Below, one piece after another: positions 1 to 8,764 of a stretch of DNA of 64,000 nucleotides. Within the stretch, counting starts at the first letter, position 1. Every line of letters begins with the position of its first letter. This DNA is from Acidobacteriota bacterium (GTDB lineage Bacteria > Acidobacteriota > UBA6911 > RPQK01 > JAJDTT01), in assembly GCA_965209055.1 (NCBI GenBank), contig OZ242374.1, forward strand, positions 928,001 to 992,000. The letters are read 5' to 3'. Position numbers and translations under genes: made by a program. A model generated the notes under the pieces. That model saw only the letters and a program-made list of their open reading frames with translations. It searched no databases and had not been told where the DNA came from.

Positions 1-4
1 TCCA

Positions 5-170
5 CTAGGAGTCTGCGCCGTAGAAATGATCGTAGCGAGAAAGTGGAGAATCGAGGACAGATTTTCACGATTTTGAGGTGCATAGTTGTTCTATTCGCCG
101 AGAAATCGGGGAAATATGGACCGATTCGCCGCTTTCGCAGTAGATTGATTTCTGCGGCGCAGGCTCCTAG
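5..170. mobile_element. MITE-like non-autonomous element, 166 bp, CTAG-bounded, long imperfect palindrome
   Basis: CTAGGAGTCTGCGCCGTAGAAAT (5-27) pairs with ATTTCTGCGGCGCAGGCTCCTAG (148-170), 21/23 Watson-Crick; inner arms 39-53/122-136 also pair; no ORF; left end recurs at 57070-57098. Confidence 0.75.
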
Positions 171-191
171 GTCGAAGCTACGGAGTTACCG

Positions 192-1256
192 ATGAGCTAT
201 TCCGCAGAAGAGCCAGGAACACCTCGAATCGAAATCGGCGGCCGAGTGCTGGTGTGCCCGGGAGGACACGCACCCAAAGTGGTCCGGCTCGGAGACGATC
301 ATCTCCTGGTTGCCGCCCGCACCGGACTGACCGGAGTCGCCGATAACAGCTCCGTCTCCCTGGTGGAGTCCCGCGATGGAGGCGGGACCTGGACCCGACC
401 CCGCACCATCATCGATTCGCGGGACGACGAGCGGGTGCAGATGATGAGCCGTCTTCCCGGCGGGGCCCTCCTGCTGGGTTTCACCCGGCGGTCCAACGGC
501 GCCTGCAAGGGCATGCTCATGACCTCACCCGACGAAGGCAGGAACTGGGACCATCCCTTCCAGTTGGGGCCGGGACCGTTCGACTACGTCTATCCATTCG
601 GGGGTGTGACGGCGCTTCCTGACGGCGAACTCCTGCTCACCGCCTACGGCGGCTACTACCCGGTCTACGAACATGGGGACAAGCCGCGGGAACGGAAGGG
701 CGATTTCACTTGCTTCTTCCGCTCTCGCGACGGCGATCGATGGGAGTACGGCGGCCTGATCGCCCGCTTCACCACCCAGCCCCATCTCTTGCGCCTCTCC
801 TCGGGCGTGCTCCTGGCGTCGCTTCGCAGCGCGGAGCTGGCGGAGGCCATGACCTATGAGGAGTCGCTCAAGCGGCCGCTGGCGCGCACTCTGGTGAGCG
901 AGTCCCGGGACGAAGGCAGAATCTGGTCCCGTCCCCGGCAGGTGACGGACGCCGCCGAGATGCAGGGTTTTCTGCTGGAGTCCTCATGGGGCGAACTGGT
1001 CATGACCTACAGCGTGCGGCACAAGCCCTACGGCGTCTCCATCCGGACCAGCCGCGACCAGGGAAAGAGTTGGGGACCGCCGGCGGCCCTGGCAGACGAC
1101 GCTCCGGCGACCGACGTGGGGCTGTCCCAGACCCTGGAAACGGAGCCGGGAAAGTTCCTCACCCTCTACCACTGGGAGGATCGGAGCACTCCCCGTCGGG
1201 AGGCCAACCTGTTCGGGATCTTCTGGCGGATGAATCCGCCCTCCGGCCGTTCGTAG
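192..1256 (+). CDS. BNR/Asp-box sialidase-family (exo-alpha-sialidase-like) beta-propeller protein
   Basis: Five Asp boxes: SRDGGGTW, SPDEGRNW, SRDGDRW, SRDEGRIW, SRDQGKSW; GGAG SD upstream. Confidence 0.8.
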   Translation: MSYSAEEPGTPRIEIGGRVLVCPGGHAPKVVRLGDDHLLVAARTGLTGVADNSSVSLVESRDGGGTWTRPRTIIDSRDDERVQMMSRLPGGALLLGFTRRSNGACKGMLMTSPDEGRNWDHPFQLGPGPFDYVYPFGGVTALPDGELLLTAYGGYYPVYEHGDKPRERKGDFTCFFRSRDGDRWEYGGLIARFTTQPHLLRLSSGVLLASLRSAELAEAMTYEESLKRPLARTLVSESRDEGRIWSRPRQVTDAAEMQGFLLESSWGELVMTYSVRHKPYGVSIRTSRDQGKSWGPPAALADDAPATDVGLSQTLETEPGKFLTLYHWEDRSTPRREANLFGIFWRMNPPSGRS

Positions 1257-1280
1257 CTGACTGTGGACCCGCCGCAAGGT

Positions 1281-2579
1281 TCAGGCGCAGTACTCGTTCA
1301 GCTTGACGCCCAACCGATCGATCTCTTCCCAGGTGTTGAAGAAGTGGACACAGACGCGGATGTCCCGGGGGTCCTCCAAGGGCGCCACCACGATCCCCTC
1401 CTTCTCGGCCAGGCGTTCGTAGAAGTCCATCCCCAGAAACCCCTCCGGCAGCTTCAGGCTCACCACACCGCTTCGGCTTCCGTCTTCAAGGGGAGATATC
1501 AGCTGGAAGAGTCTCGAATCGCGGACCCATTCCGAGAATCTCTTGGAAAGATCGGCGGTCCGGGCATGGATCCGATCCCAGCCCACTTTGTCGAGCCAAC
1601 GCAGGGTCTCGGCGAATCCTCCGAAGACAGGCAGGGCCCGGGTTCCGAATTCATACCGGCGGCCGTCAGGATGCCATTCGTATTCCCCGTCGTCCTCAAT
1701 GACGGCCTGGCTGTGGGCGCCGGTCCACGAGACCGGTGTGGTGGCCAGGATCTCCTTGCGGGTCAGGAGGCCGCCCGTCCCCTTGGGACCCAGGAGCCAC
1801 TTGTGGCCGCAGAACGAATAGTAGTCGCAGCCCAGATCGTGGAAGTCCAGCGGGATGTTTCCAGCAGCCTGAGCGCCGTCCAGCAATAGCCGCACGCCAC
1901 GCTTGTGCAGCTCCCGCGCCAGCTTCCGCGCCGGAAGGACCCGGCCGTTGCGGCGGGAGACATGGCTCATGGCCACCAATCGGGTGCGCGGCGAGATCTG
2001 GCCCAGAACGCTGCCCAGGACGTCCTCTCCCACGTCCATGGGAGCGCGGCGATAGACGACGCCGAAACGGTCGTGGAGGTTGTAGGACGGTTGCAACAGA
2101 GCGGGGTGCTCATGGTTGCTGATGAGGATCTCGTCTCCCGCCTTCCAGTCGATGGACCAGATGACGATGTTGAGCCCCTCGGTCGTATTGTGGGTCAGCG
2201 TCACCTCTTCTTCATCGGCGCCCAGGACGGCGGCGGCCAGGGCGCGGCACTCTTCCTCCACCACGGCGATCCGTGGGTTGATTCGGGGATCTCCGGGTCC
2301 AAGGTTCTGCAGGTCCAGAAGCTCCTTGACCTTTTCGATGACGGGAGTGGGCGAGGGACCGATGCCTCCGGTCAGGAAATAGGCGGATTCCGAGGTGGTC
2401 GGAATTTCATTGCGAACCCGGTTCACCCACGCGGGAATTGTGGCTTGACTGGCGGTAGCGACGGCTTGTTCCATACTTTTTATCCAGGTTGGCCCCGCCG
2501 CTGCGGCCAGCGACGCGGATTTCAAGAAGGTTCTTCTCGGCGGTCTGCGGCTCTTGGACCGGGGCCGGTTCTTTCTCAT
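1281..2579 (-). CDS. Class V PLP-dependent aminotransferase-fold enzyme (cystine/cysteine C-S lyase-like) with Tat signal peptide
   Basis: HNTTEG, LDGAQAAG, SFCGHKW (PLP lysine), RYEFGT; N-terminal RRTFLK followed by Ala-rich stretch. Confidence 0.85.
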   Translation of the reverse strand: MRKNRPRSKSRRPPRRTFLKSASLAAAAGPTWIKSMEQAVATASQATIPAWVNRVRNEIPTTSESAYFLTGGIGPSPTPVIEKVKELLDLQNLGPGDPRINPRIAVVEEECRALAAAVLGADEEEVTLTHNTTEGLNIVIWSIDWKAGDEILISNHEHPALLQPSYNLHDRFGVVYRRAPMDVGEDVLGSVLGQISPRTRLVAMSHVSRRNGRVLPARKLARELHKRGVRLLLDGAQAAGNIPLDFHDLGCDYYSFCGHKWLLGPKGTGGLLTRKEILATTPVSWTGAHSQAVIEDDGEYEWHPDGRRYEFGTRALPVFGGFAETLRWLDKVGWDRIHARTADLSKRFSEWVRDSRLFQLISPLEDGSRSGVVSLKLPEGFLGMDFYERLAEKEGIVVAPLEDPRDIRVCVHFFNTWEEIDRLGVKLNEYCA

Positions 2580-2614
2580 GGGAATTCCGCAAAAAACCGC
2601 GACAGTCTCTCAGC

Positions 2615-3196
2615 TCAGTTGAGGCGCCGCAATAGGTATCCCGGACGGAAGGATCGCCGGGCGCGGATCCGGACCGAAAAACGCTCCCGCGGATCTTCGA
2701 CCCGGTCCAGGCTGAAGACGCCACGACCCAGAATTCGGGACAGCGCCTGGGTCAACTCGGGCCTGAGCTGCTCGAACGTCTCCGGGCTGTTGGGCGTATG
2801 GAGGCGATCGTTGGCCAGCAGCAGCATCTCCCGGGTATGGAAGCGGACCCGGCCGCCCAGTATGGGGTCCGCTTCCAGCCGGCTGCAGGCCAGAAGCGTT
2901 TGTCTGAAGACATCCCGGATACACTCCTCGCGGTTCCCGTCCGGATCCTGCTTGCGATAGTAGAGAAGTCCGGGCCGGTCATCGGCCTGGTCCAGGCTGA
3001 AGTTGCCCTCGTGGGCCACCAGCAGTATGCCGGGTCCCCTGTGGACGTGACTGTAGTCATGGACGTCGATGAGCAGGTGTCCGTCGACGTCCTGGTTCTG
3101 GATCCAGGAGTGGAAGACGGGAATGAACTCCTGCGTCTCGGCCCTGAGGGGCTCCTCCAGGAAGATCTTGAGACCGAGCTTCTGCCAGCCGCTCAT
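2615..3196 (-). CDS. Conserved hypothetical protein downstream of sulfite/nitrite reductase
   Basis: 193-aa ORF 8 nt after the reductase stop; protein-like core IPVFHSWIQ...LLIDVHDYSHV...GPGILLVAHE. Confidence 0.75.
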   Translation of the reverse strand: MSGWQKLGLKIFLEEPLRAETQEFIPVFHSWIQNQDVDGHLLIDVHDYSHVHRGPGILLVAHEGNFSLDQADDRPGLLYYRKQDPDGNREECIRDVFRQTLLACSRLEADPILGGRVRFHTREMLLLANDRLHTPNSPETFEQLRPELTQALSRILGRGVFSLDRVEDPRERFSVRIRARRSFRPGYLLRRLN

Positions 3197-3204
3197 ACGC
3201 CAGC

Positions 3205-5457
3205 CTAGTGGACTCCCGAAATCTCCCGGGCCATGCGCTCGTAGCAGGCATGCGCCGCCTCGATGAAAAGCTGGCTCTCTTCCACCGACTGATGGGCCGT
3301 GTCCCGCGTGGGGCTCTGCGGAGGCGATTTGTGACGGCGGAACAGGTAATTGGCGAACTTGCCGCCGGCGTACTTGTCGTAAAACAGTTCGGTATCGTAG
3401 AAGCGGCGCCGGAATTCCGACACGACCGTGTCGGGAGCGCCCGGAACGTCCAGGAACTCGGTTTTGACCAGGGCTCTGGCGGCCTCCACCATGGCTCGGT
3501 AGCTCAAAGCGTCGGCGCCGGCATAATCCGTTTCATCCAGCCTGATCTGGGCTTCGAAGACCAGTTGCTCGGCGGAAGCCAGATTGAACTGGGTCAGGGT
3601 GACCACCTCGCCTGCGCATTCTCCCGTCCCCAGGTCTCCCATCGAGAACTCTCTCGGATCGCCCCAATCGCTGTAGAAGGAGGAGTCGACCTCATAGGCC
3701 GGAACCAGCAACAGGTCCTGCAGCATGGTCCGAAGGTCCTTCTTGCCGACGCTCCGGACGAATTGCTGAAAGCTCTCGCCGTTGCTCCGATGCTCCAGGT
3801 ATCGGCCCGTGATCCGCTCCAGAACCTCCGGAACGTTCCGCGCCGGCGCCGACCCCATGGCCAGTCCGTAAGAGCCGGCGTTCTCGGTCCACTTCCCCCC
3901 CAGCACGACCTGGAAGTGAGGCACCTTGTGGCCCTTGATGGTCCGGCTGGTTCCGTAGAATCCAATGTCCGCAACGTGGTGCTGACCGCAGGAGTTGAAA
4001 CAGCCGCTGATCTTGATGCGCAGGTTCTTGATCGAATCGTCAAGTTGGAAGAACTTGGCGCCGAGCGTCCTCCGGAGTTCGGCGGCCAGTCCCCGCGACG
4101 AGGCGATGCCCAACTTGCAGGTGTCGGTACCCGGGCAGGCCGTCACGTCCATGATCGTTCCGGCGCCGTGGGCGCCCAGACCGATCCGGTCCAATTCACC
4201 GTAGAGCTCCGGCAGGTCCGCTTCGCTGACCCAACGCAGCACCATGTTCTGCTCGACGGTGGTCCGGATGTTTTCACCGGAGAAGCGCCGGGCGATCTGA
4301 GCCAGTTCCCGGGCCTGCCAACTCGACAAATCTCCCAAGGGAAGGGTCAGGGTGGCGACGGCGTAACCCGCCTGCCGCTGACGGTAGACGTTGGTCCGGA
4401 ACCAGTCCTCGAATCCCGGAGGCGGCTGATGTCCGTTCAATGCGGCCGCCGGCCGGACCGCGGTTTCCTGGAATTCCGGAACCTCGGGCAAAAACGCGGT
4501 CCACCGCCCGTCGGGAGGCATGATCTCGCGTTCCTTCAGGACCTCCTTGCGAAACTCGTCGATCCCCAGTTTCGCCACCAGGAATTTGATGCGGGCCCGG
4601 GCCCGGTTCTTCTTCTCTCCCAAGCGGGCGAACACCCTGGAGATGGCCTGCGCCGTGGGCAGCAACTCTTCTTCAGGCAGAAAGGAATCGAAGAGCTTGG
4701 CCTGGTGAGGCACCGCTCCCAGACCTCCGCCGACATACAGCTCGAACCCGCGCCTGATCCGGCCGCCCTCGCGCCGCACCACCGCAATGGCTCCCATGTC
4801 ATGCATGCTGGCCAGTCCGCAGGCCTCTTCCCGGCATCCCGAGAATGAGATCTTGAACTTGCGGCCGAAGTCCTGGGCGTCGGGATGCCCCAGCAGGAAG
4901 GCGCTGCACGCCTTGGCGTAGGGACTGACGTCGAAAGCCTCGGTGTGGCAGACACCGGCCAGGGGGCAGGCCGTGACGTTCCGGACCGAGTTCCCGCAGG
5001 CCTCCCGGGTCGTGATCCCCACCGACGCCAGTCTCCGCATCAGGTTGGGAGTGTCGTCGATGTGAACGAAGTGGAGTTGATAGTCCTGTCTCGTGGTGAC
5101 GTGGAGCACTCCATCCGAATACTCCTCCGCCGTATCCGCCAGCACCTCGAGCTGGCGGGGATTGACCCCTCCGTACGGGATCTTGATGCGCATCATCCCG
5201 GGAGCGTCCCAAAGGGTCTCAGGCCCCTTGATGACGTCACCGGAGGGATAGGGGAGCTGCTGCGACCGGATCCCGTCGTGGCGGAAACCGTTGTCGTATC
5301 GCTGGCCGTAGATGCCGCGCCGCAACCGTGTCTCGGCGAAGATCTTCTCATCCAGCTTTCCCTGACGCCTCAGCTCCATCTGCATCTCGAAGATGTCGAT
5401 TTCGCGGCCGAGATCGTCCGGGATATCCGTGCCCAAATGCTCCTTCCAAGTAGTCAT
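3205..5457 (-). CDS. Siroheme/4Fe-4S nitrite/sulfite reductase with C-terminal HEPN-like extension
   Basis: Two NIR_SIR repeats: HVTTRQ, REACGNSVRN, ACPGTDTC...SGCFNSCGQH; start moved to ATG 5457 because of a GGAGG SD at 5467-5471. Confidence 0.9.
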   Translation of the reverse strand: MTTWKEHLGTDIPDDLGREIDIFEMQMELRRQGKLDEKIFAETRLRRGIYGQRYDNGFRHDGIRSQQLPYPSGDVIKGPETLWDAPGMMRIKIPYGGVNPRQLEVLADTAEEYSDGVLHVTTRQDYQLHFVHIDDTPNLMRRLASVGITTREACGNSVRNVTACPLAGVCHTEAFDVSPYAKACSAFLLGHPDAQDFGRKFKISFSGCREEACGLASMHDMGAIAVVRREGGRIRRGFELYVGGGLGAVPHQAKLFDSFLPEEELLPTAQAISRVFARLGEKKNRARARIKFLVAKLGIDEFRKEVLKEREIMPPDGRWTAFLPEVPEFQETAVRPAAALNGHQPPPGFEDWFRTNVYRQRQAGYAVATLTLPLGDLSSWQARELAQIARRFSGENIRTTVEQNMVLRWVSEADLPELYGELDRIGLGAHGAGTIMDVTACPGTDTCKLGIASSRGLAAELRRTLGAKFFQLDDSIKNLRIKISGCFNSCGQHHVADIGFYGTSRTIKGHKVPHFQVVLGGKWTENAGSYGLAMGSAPARNVPEVLERITGRYLEHRSNGESFQQFVRSVGKKDLRTMLQDLLLVPAYEVDSSFYSDWGDPREFSMGDLGTGECAGEVVTLTQFNLASAEQLVFEAQIRLDETDYAGADALSYRAMVEAARALVKTEFLDVPGAPDTVVSEFRRRFYDTELFYDKYAGGKFANYLFRRHKSPPQSPTRDTAHQSVEESQLFIEAAHACYERMAREISGVH

Positions 5458-5500
5458 GACCCGTCTCCTCCAAGGCATTTCGGCCTGTGAGATGAGACCA

Positions 5501-5528
5501 AGTTTACTCAATTGATCGGATTTATCAA
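5501..5528 (-). promoter_or_regulatory. Putative sigma70 promoter of the reductase cluster
   Basis: Minus strand TTGATA-16 nt-TAAACT in an AT-rich gap; overlaps a TTGAT-N7-ATCAA inverted repeat (possible operator). Confidence 0.45.
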
Positions 5529-5534
5529 AATGGC

Positions 5535-6386
5535 CTAATCAAGTCCCAGCAACGGACCGGCGTCGCGATGAATCATCGCCTCCATCTGGTCCGGATCCAA
5601 CCGCGGCAGGGACGTGCCTTCCAACTGATCGTTGATGGACCGCAGCCCGGCCAGGGACTCGTCGACGTTGGTGATGGGGTAGTCGGTCCCGAACAGGAGC
5701 TTGTTCCAGACACCGTACTCCTGCACCAGCATCAGGCTCTGGTAGAGCTGGAAGGGCCGGTAGTGAATCGCCGAAACGTCGGAGTAGACGTGGGGATGCT
5801 TCCGGATCACCGCCACCGTCTCAGCCTCGTAGGGATGACCCAGGTGCGCCAGAATGATCCGGCACTCCGGATACTTGATGGCGACGGGGTCCAGGTGCCG
5901 GGGCAAAGTGGTGTCCAGAGGAGCCCGGTCGATGAAGGTCGTTCCCGTGTGGAGCAGGACGGGCAGTTGGTGGCGGACCGCATATTGCCACAGGTGATCC
6001 AGCTCCGGGGCCTGGGGATAGAATCCGGCATACATGGGCATCAACTTGATGCCCCTCATCTTCAGATCCTGGTGGCTCTCCTCCAGTTCCTCCCGCCAAC
6101 CCGGTTGGGTCGGGTCGAGGGAGAGAAACGGGATCAGGTTTTCGGGGTCCTGGGAGCAGTATTCGGCGATGAACTGATCGGGAACCCAAAGGCCCGAGAG
6201 CCTGGCCTTCCCGCCGAAGACGACGGTCTTGACTCGATCCGGAACCGTCCGGCAGTGGGCGCGATAGTCCTCCAGAATGCTTTCCAAAGGGATCTCGTAG
6301 CCCCTCATTCGGATCGCCTGTTGGCGAAACCGGTCCGAGAAATGGTCCGGATATTTCCAGCCATGAGTGTGCACGTCAAAAATCAC
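5535..6386 (-). CDS. Amidohydrolase family protein (Amidohydro_2)
   Basis: DVHTH, GIKL, LLHTG, ILAHLGHP, LLFGTDYP. Confidence 0.9.
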   Translation of the reverse strand: MIFDVHTHGWKYPDHFSDRFRQQAIRMRGYEIPLESILEDYRAHCRTVPDRVKTVVFGGKARLSGLWVPDQFIAEYCSQDPENLIPFLSLDPTQPGWREELEESHQDLKMRGIKLMPMYAGFYPQAPELDHLWQYAVRHQLPVLLHTGTTFIDRAPLDTTLPRHLDPVAIKYPECRIILAHLGHPYEAETVAVIRKHPHVYSDVSAIHYRPFQLYQSLMLVQEYGVWNKLLFGTDYPITNVDESLAGLRSINDQLEGTSLPRLDPDQMEAMIHRDAGPLLGLD

Positions 6387-6482
6387 ATCTCACCTCCTGA
6401 ACATGGGCCAGAGCAGGGTAGCGCGTTCCCGAAGCAACTTCCAGGATCGGATCAACCCCCTTGACTGTGACGGCTTCTGCCA

Positions 6483-6496
6483 CGGACTGCTAACAT
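6483..6496 (+). promoter_or_regulatory. CGGACTGnTAnnnT extended -10 promoter motif
   Basis: CGGACTGCTAACAT upstream of the 6549 CDS; recurs four more times. Confidence 0.55.
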
Positions 6497-6548
6497 GTTG
6501 CCGAATTCGGCGACACCTTTTTCAGGCGTAGGAGGCACTGCAGTTCCC

Positions 6549-7559
6549 ATGAAATTCCTATCCAATCGGGTCCGTACAGATACGACACTCCGCCGCTCCG
6601 GCATCGTGGCCGCGGCGCTCCTGGTCTTCTGTCTGACCAATCCCGCCTTCGGGGAGTCTCACCATGCGGTCCGGCTGGTCAAGACCGAACCGGCTCGGGT
6701 GGACATCTACGTCGGCAAGGACCTGTTCGCCTCGTACCAATACGGCATCGGCTTTCACAAGCCGATCTTCCATCCCATGCTCAGCCCCAAGGGCCACCGG
6801 CTCCTGCGCGCGTTCCCCATGGAATTCGGGATACCCGACGAGCATTCCGACCATTGGCATCACGAAGGAATCTCGTTCACCTACGGGAACGTCAATGGTG
6901 TGGACTTCTGGTCCAAGCTGTCCGGCGGCCGGGACAAGCCCGGCAGCGGCCGCATCCGCCACACCGGCTTCACCCGGCTGGAAGACGGGGACAAGGGAGT
7001 CATGGAGACCACTTCGAACTGGATCGCGCCCTCGGGGGAGGTGGTGTTGAAACAGGACTCCCGAATGACCATCGGGGCGGGCTCCGGGTGGCGGACCCTG
7101 GACCTGAGGTTCAAGCTGACGGCCCAGGAGAATGCGGTGACTTTCAACGATACCAAGGAGGGGATGATGGCCATCCGCGTCGCCCCCAACCTGCGGGAAG
7201 ACAGGACCGGCCGCTACCTGAACGCGCAAGGTCTGGAGCTGTCGAAGGCCGTCTGGGGCAAGAGGTCTTCATGGGTGGCGTTGCGGGGATCGGTCCAGGG
7301 AGAGGACCTGACGCTGGCCATCATGAATCACCCCAAGAGCATCGAATTCCCCACCTTCTGGCACGCCCGGGGCTATGGGCTCTTCTCTGCCAACCCCTTC
7401 GGGAAAAAGGATTTCCAGAAGGGTTCCCCACCTCTGAACGTCTCCCTGGAACCGGGCGAATCGGCCCTCTTCCTCTACCGGATACTGGTGCACTCGGGGC
7501 ACCTCTCCCAGTCCCGGATGGCGGCTCGATACGAGGAATATCAAGCAACGAAACCGTGA
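6549..7559 (+). CDS. DUF6807 / 'PmoA family' secreted protein, probably carbohydrate-related
   Basis: KPIFHP, DHWHH, DFWS, TKEG, WHARGYGLFSANPFG motifs; signal-like hydrophobic segment; start uncertain (6495 or 6549). Confidence 0.75.
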   Translation: MKFLSNRVRTDTTLRRSGIVAAALLVFCLTNPAFGESHHAVRLVKTEPARVDIYVGKDLFASYQYGIGFHKPIFHPMLSPKGHRLLRAFPMEFGIPDEHSDHWHHEGISFTYGNVNGVDFWSKLSGGRDKPGSGRIRHTGFTRLEDGDKGVMETTSNWIAPSGEVVLKQDSRMTIGAGSGWRTLDLRFKLTAQENAVTFNDTKEGMMAIRVAPNLREDRTGRYLNAQGLELSKAVWGKRSSWVALRGSVQGEDLTLAIMNHPKSIEFPTFWHARGYGLFSANPFGKKDFQKGSPPLNVSLEPGESALFLYRILVHSGHLSQSRMAARYEEYQATKP

Positions 7560-7642
7560 CGGGCGGGCGCCCCCGCACACGGCAGCTCAAGCGGCCGGGT
7601 CTTCTTGTCCTGCTCCAGAGGGGCCGTTATAATTCCTGACGC

Positions 7643-8743
7643 ATGCCCGGGACCATGTTCTCTATCCTTTCTCCCGACGGCGAAGTCAATTCGGAGGCCG
7701 ACATTCCGGCCCTCGGATTGGATCAGCAGCTCCATCTCTATCGGTTGATGTGCTTGAATCGGATGGTCGACGACCAGATGATCCGGCTTCAGAGGCAGGG
7801 ACGGCTGGCCTTCTACGTCGGGGCACGAGGCGAGGAGGCGGCCATCATCGGGAGCGCGTTCGCCCTGGAGCAGCGGGACTGGGCGGTCCCCTGCTACCGG
7901 GAGATGGGCGCCGCTCTGGTCAAGGGCTTTCCCCTAATCGATCTATTCTCCCAGTTTTTCGGAACTTCCCGGGACTTGACCAAGGGCCGGCAGATGCCGA
8001 ACCACTACGCCAGCTATGACTTGAGGGTAACGTCGATTTCGAGCCCTGTGGGGAGCCAGATCCCCCATGCCATCGGTCTGGCCATGGGCGCCCGTCTGGC
8101 GGGCAGGGACGACGTGGCGCTGGTCTACTTCGGCGATGGCGCCACCTCCCAAGGGGACTTTCATGTCGCCACCAACTTCGCGGGAGTCTTCAAGACTCCG
8201 ACCGTCCTTTTCTGCCGGAACAACCAGTGGGCGATTTCGGTTCCCGTAGAATCCCAGACCGCCTCCCGCAATATGGCCGTCAAGGCGGTCGCATACGGTA
8301 TCGAAGGGGTCCGGGTCGACGGAAACGATGTCTTCGCCGTCTACGACGTCACCTCGAAAGCGGTGGCGAAGGCAAGAAGGGGCGAAGGCCCGACGCTCAT
8401 CGAAGCGGTGACCTACCGCCGGGGAGGCCACTCCACCTCCGACGATCCCAATGCCTATCGGGACGTCGCCGAGGTCGAGCCCTGGGTCGAACGCGATCCG
8501 ATACTGCGGTTCCGGCTGTACTTGACCCGCCAGGGACATTGGGACGACGACAAGGAGCAGGCGCAGGAGGAGGAGATCCGCGCGCATATTCGCAGCACGC
8601 TGGAGGAGGCCTTCAGTTCCGGACCCCCTTCCCTGGACACCATCTTCGACGACGTCTACGACGAGATGCCCTGGCATCTCCGGGAGCAAATGGAGTCGGT
8701 CTGCATGCCTGAGGAGTTTCAGCCCGTCGAGCAGGGAACCTGA
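7643..8743 (+). CDS. 2-oxoacid dehydrogenase E1 alpha subunit (branched-chain/pyruvate type)
   Basis: ThDP motif GDGATSQGDF...NNQWAIS; GRQMPNHY; YRRGGHSTSDDP. Confidence 0.95.
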   Translation: MPGTMFSILSPDGEVNSEADIPALGLDQQLHLYRLMCLNRMVDDQMIRLQRQGRLAFYVGARGEEAAIIGSAFALEQRDWAVPCYREMGAALVKGFPLIDLFSQFFGTSRDLTKGRQMPNHYASYDLRVTSISSPVGSQIPHAIGLAMGARLAGRDDVALVYFGDGATSQGDFHVATNFAGVFKTPTVLFCRNNQWAISVPVESQTASRNMAVKAVAYGIEGVRVDGNDVFAVYDVTSKAVAKARRGEGPTLIEAVTYRRGGHSTSDDPNAYRDVAEVEPWVERDPILRFRLYLTRQGHWDDDKEQAQEEEIRAHIRSTLEEAFSSGPPSLDTIFDDVYDEMPWHLREQMESVCMPEEFQPVEQGT

Positions 8744-8764
8744 CCCACTTCCGCGAAAAACCAG

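Noticed and set aside
5512-5528. FNR box upstream of the reductase
   Set aside because: TTGAT and ATCAA are spaced by 7 nt, not the 4 nt FNR requires
6549-7559. Methane monooxygenase implied by the 'PmoA family' label
   Set aside because: Soluble secreted protein with no multi-pass membrane topology and no pmoB/pmoC; the label is misleading
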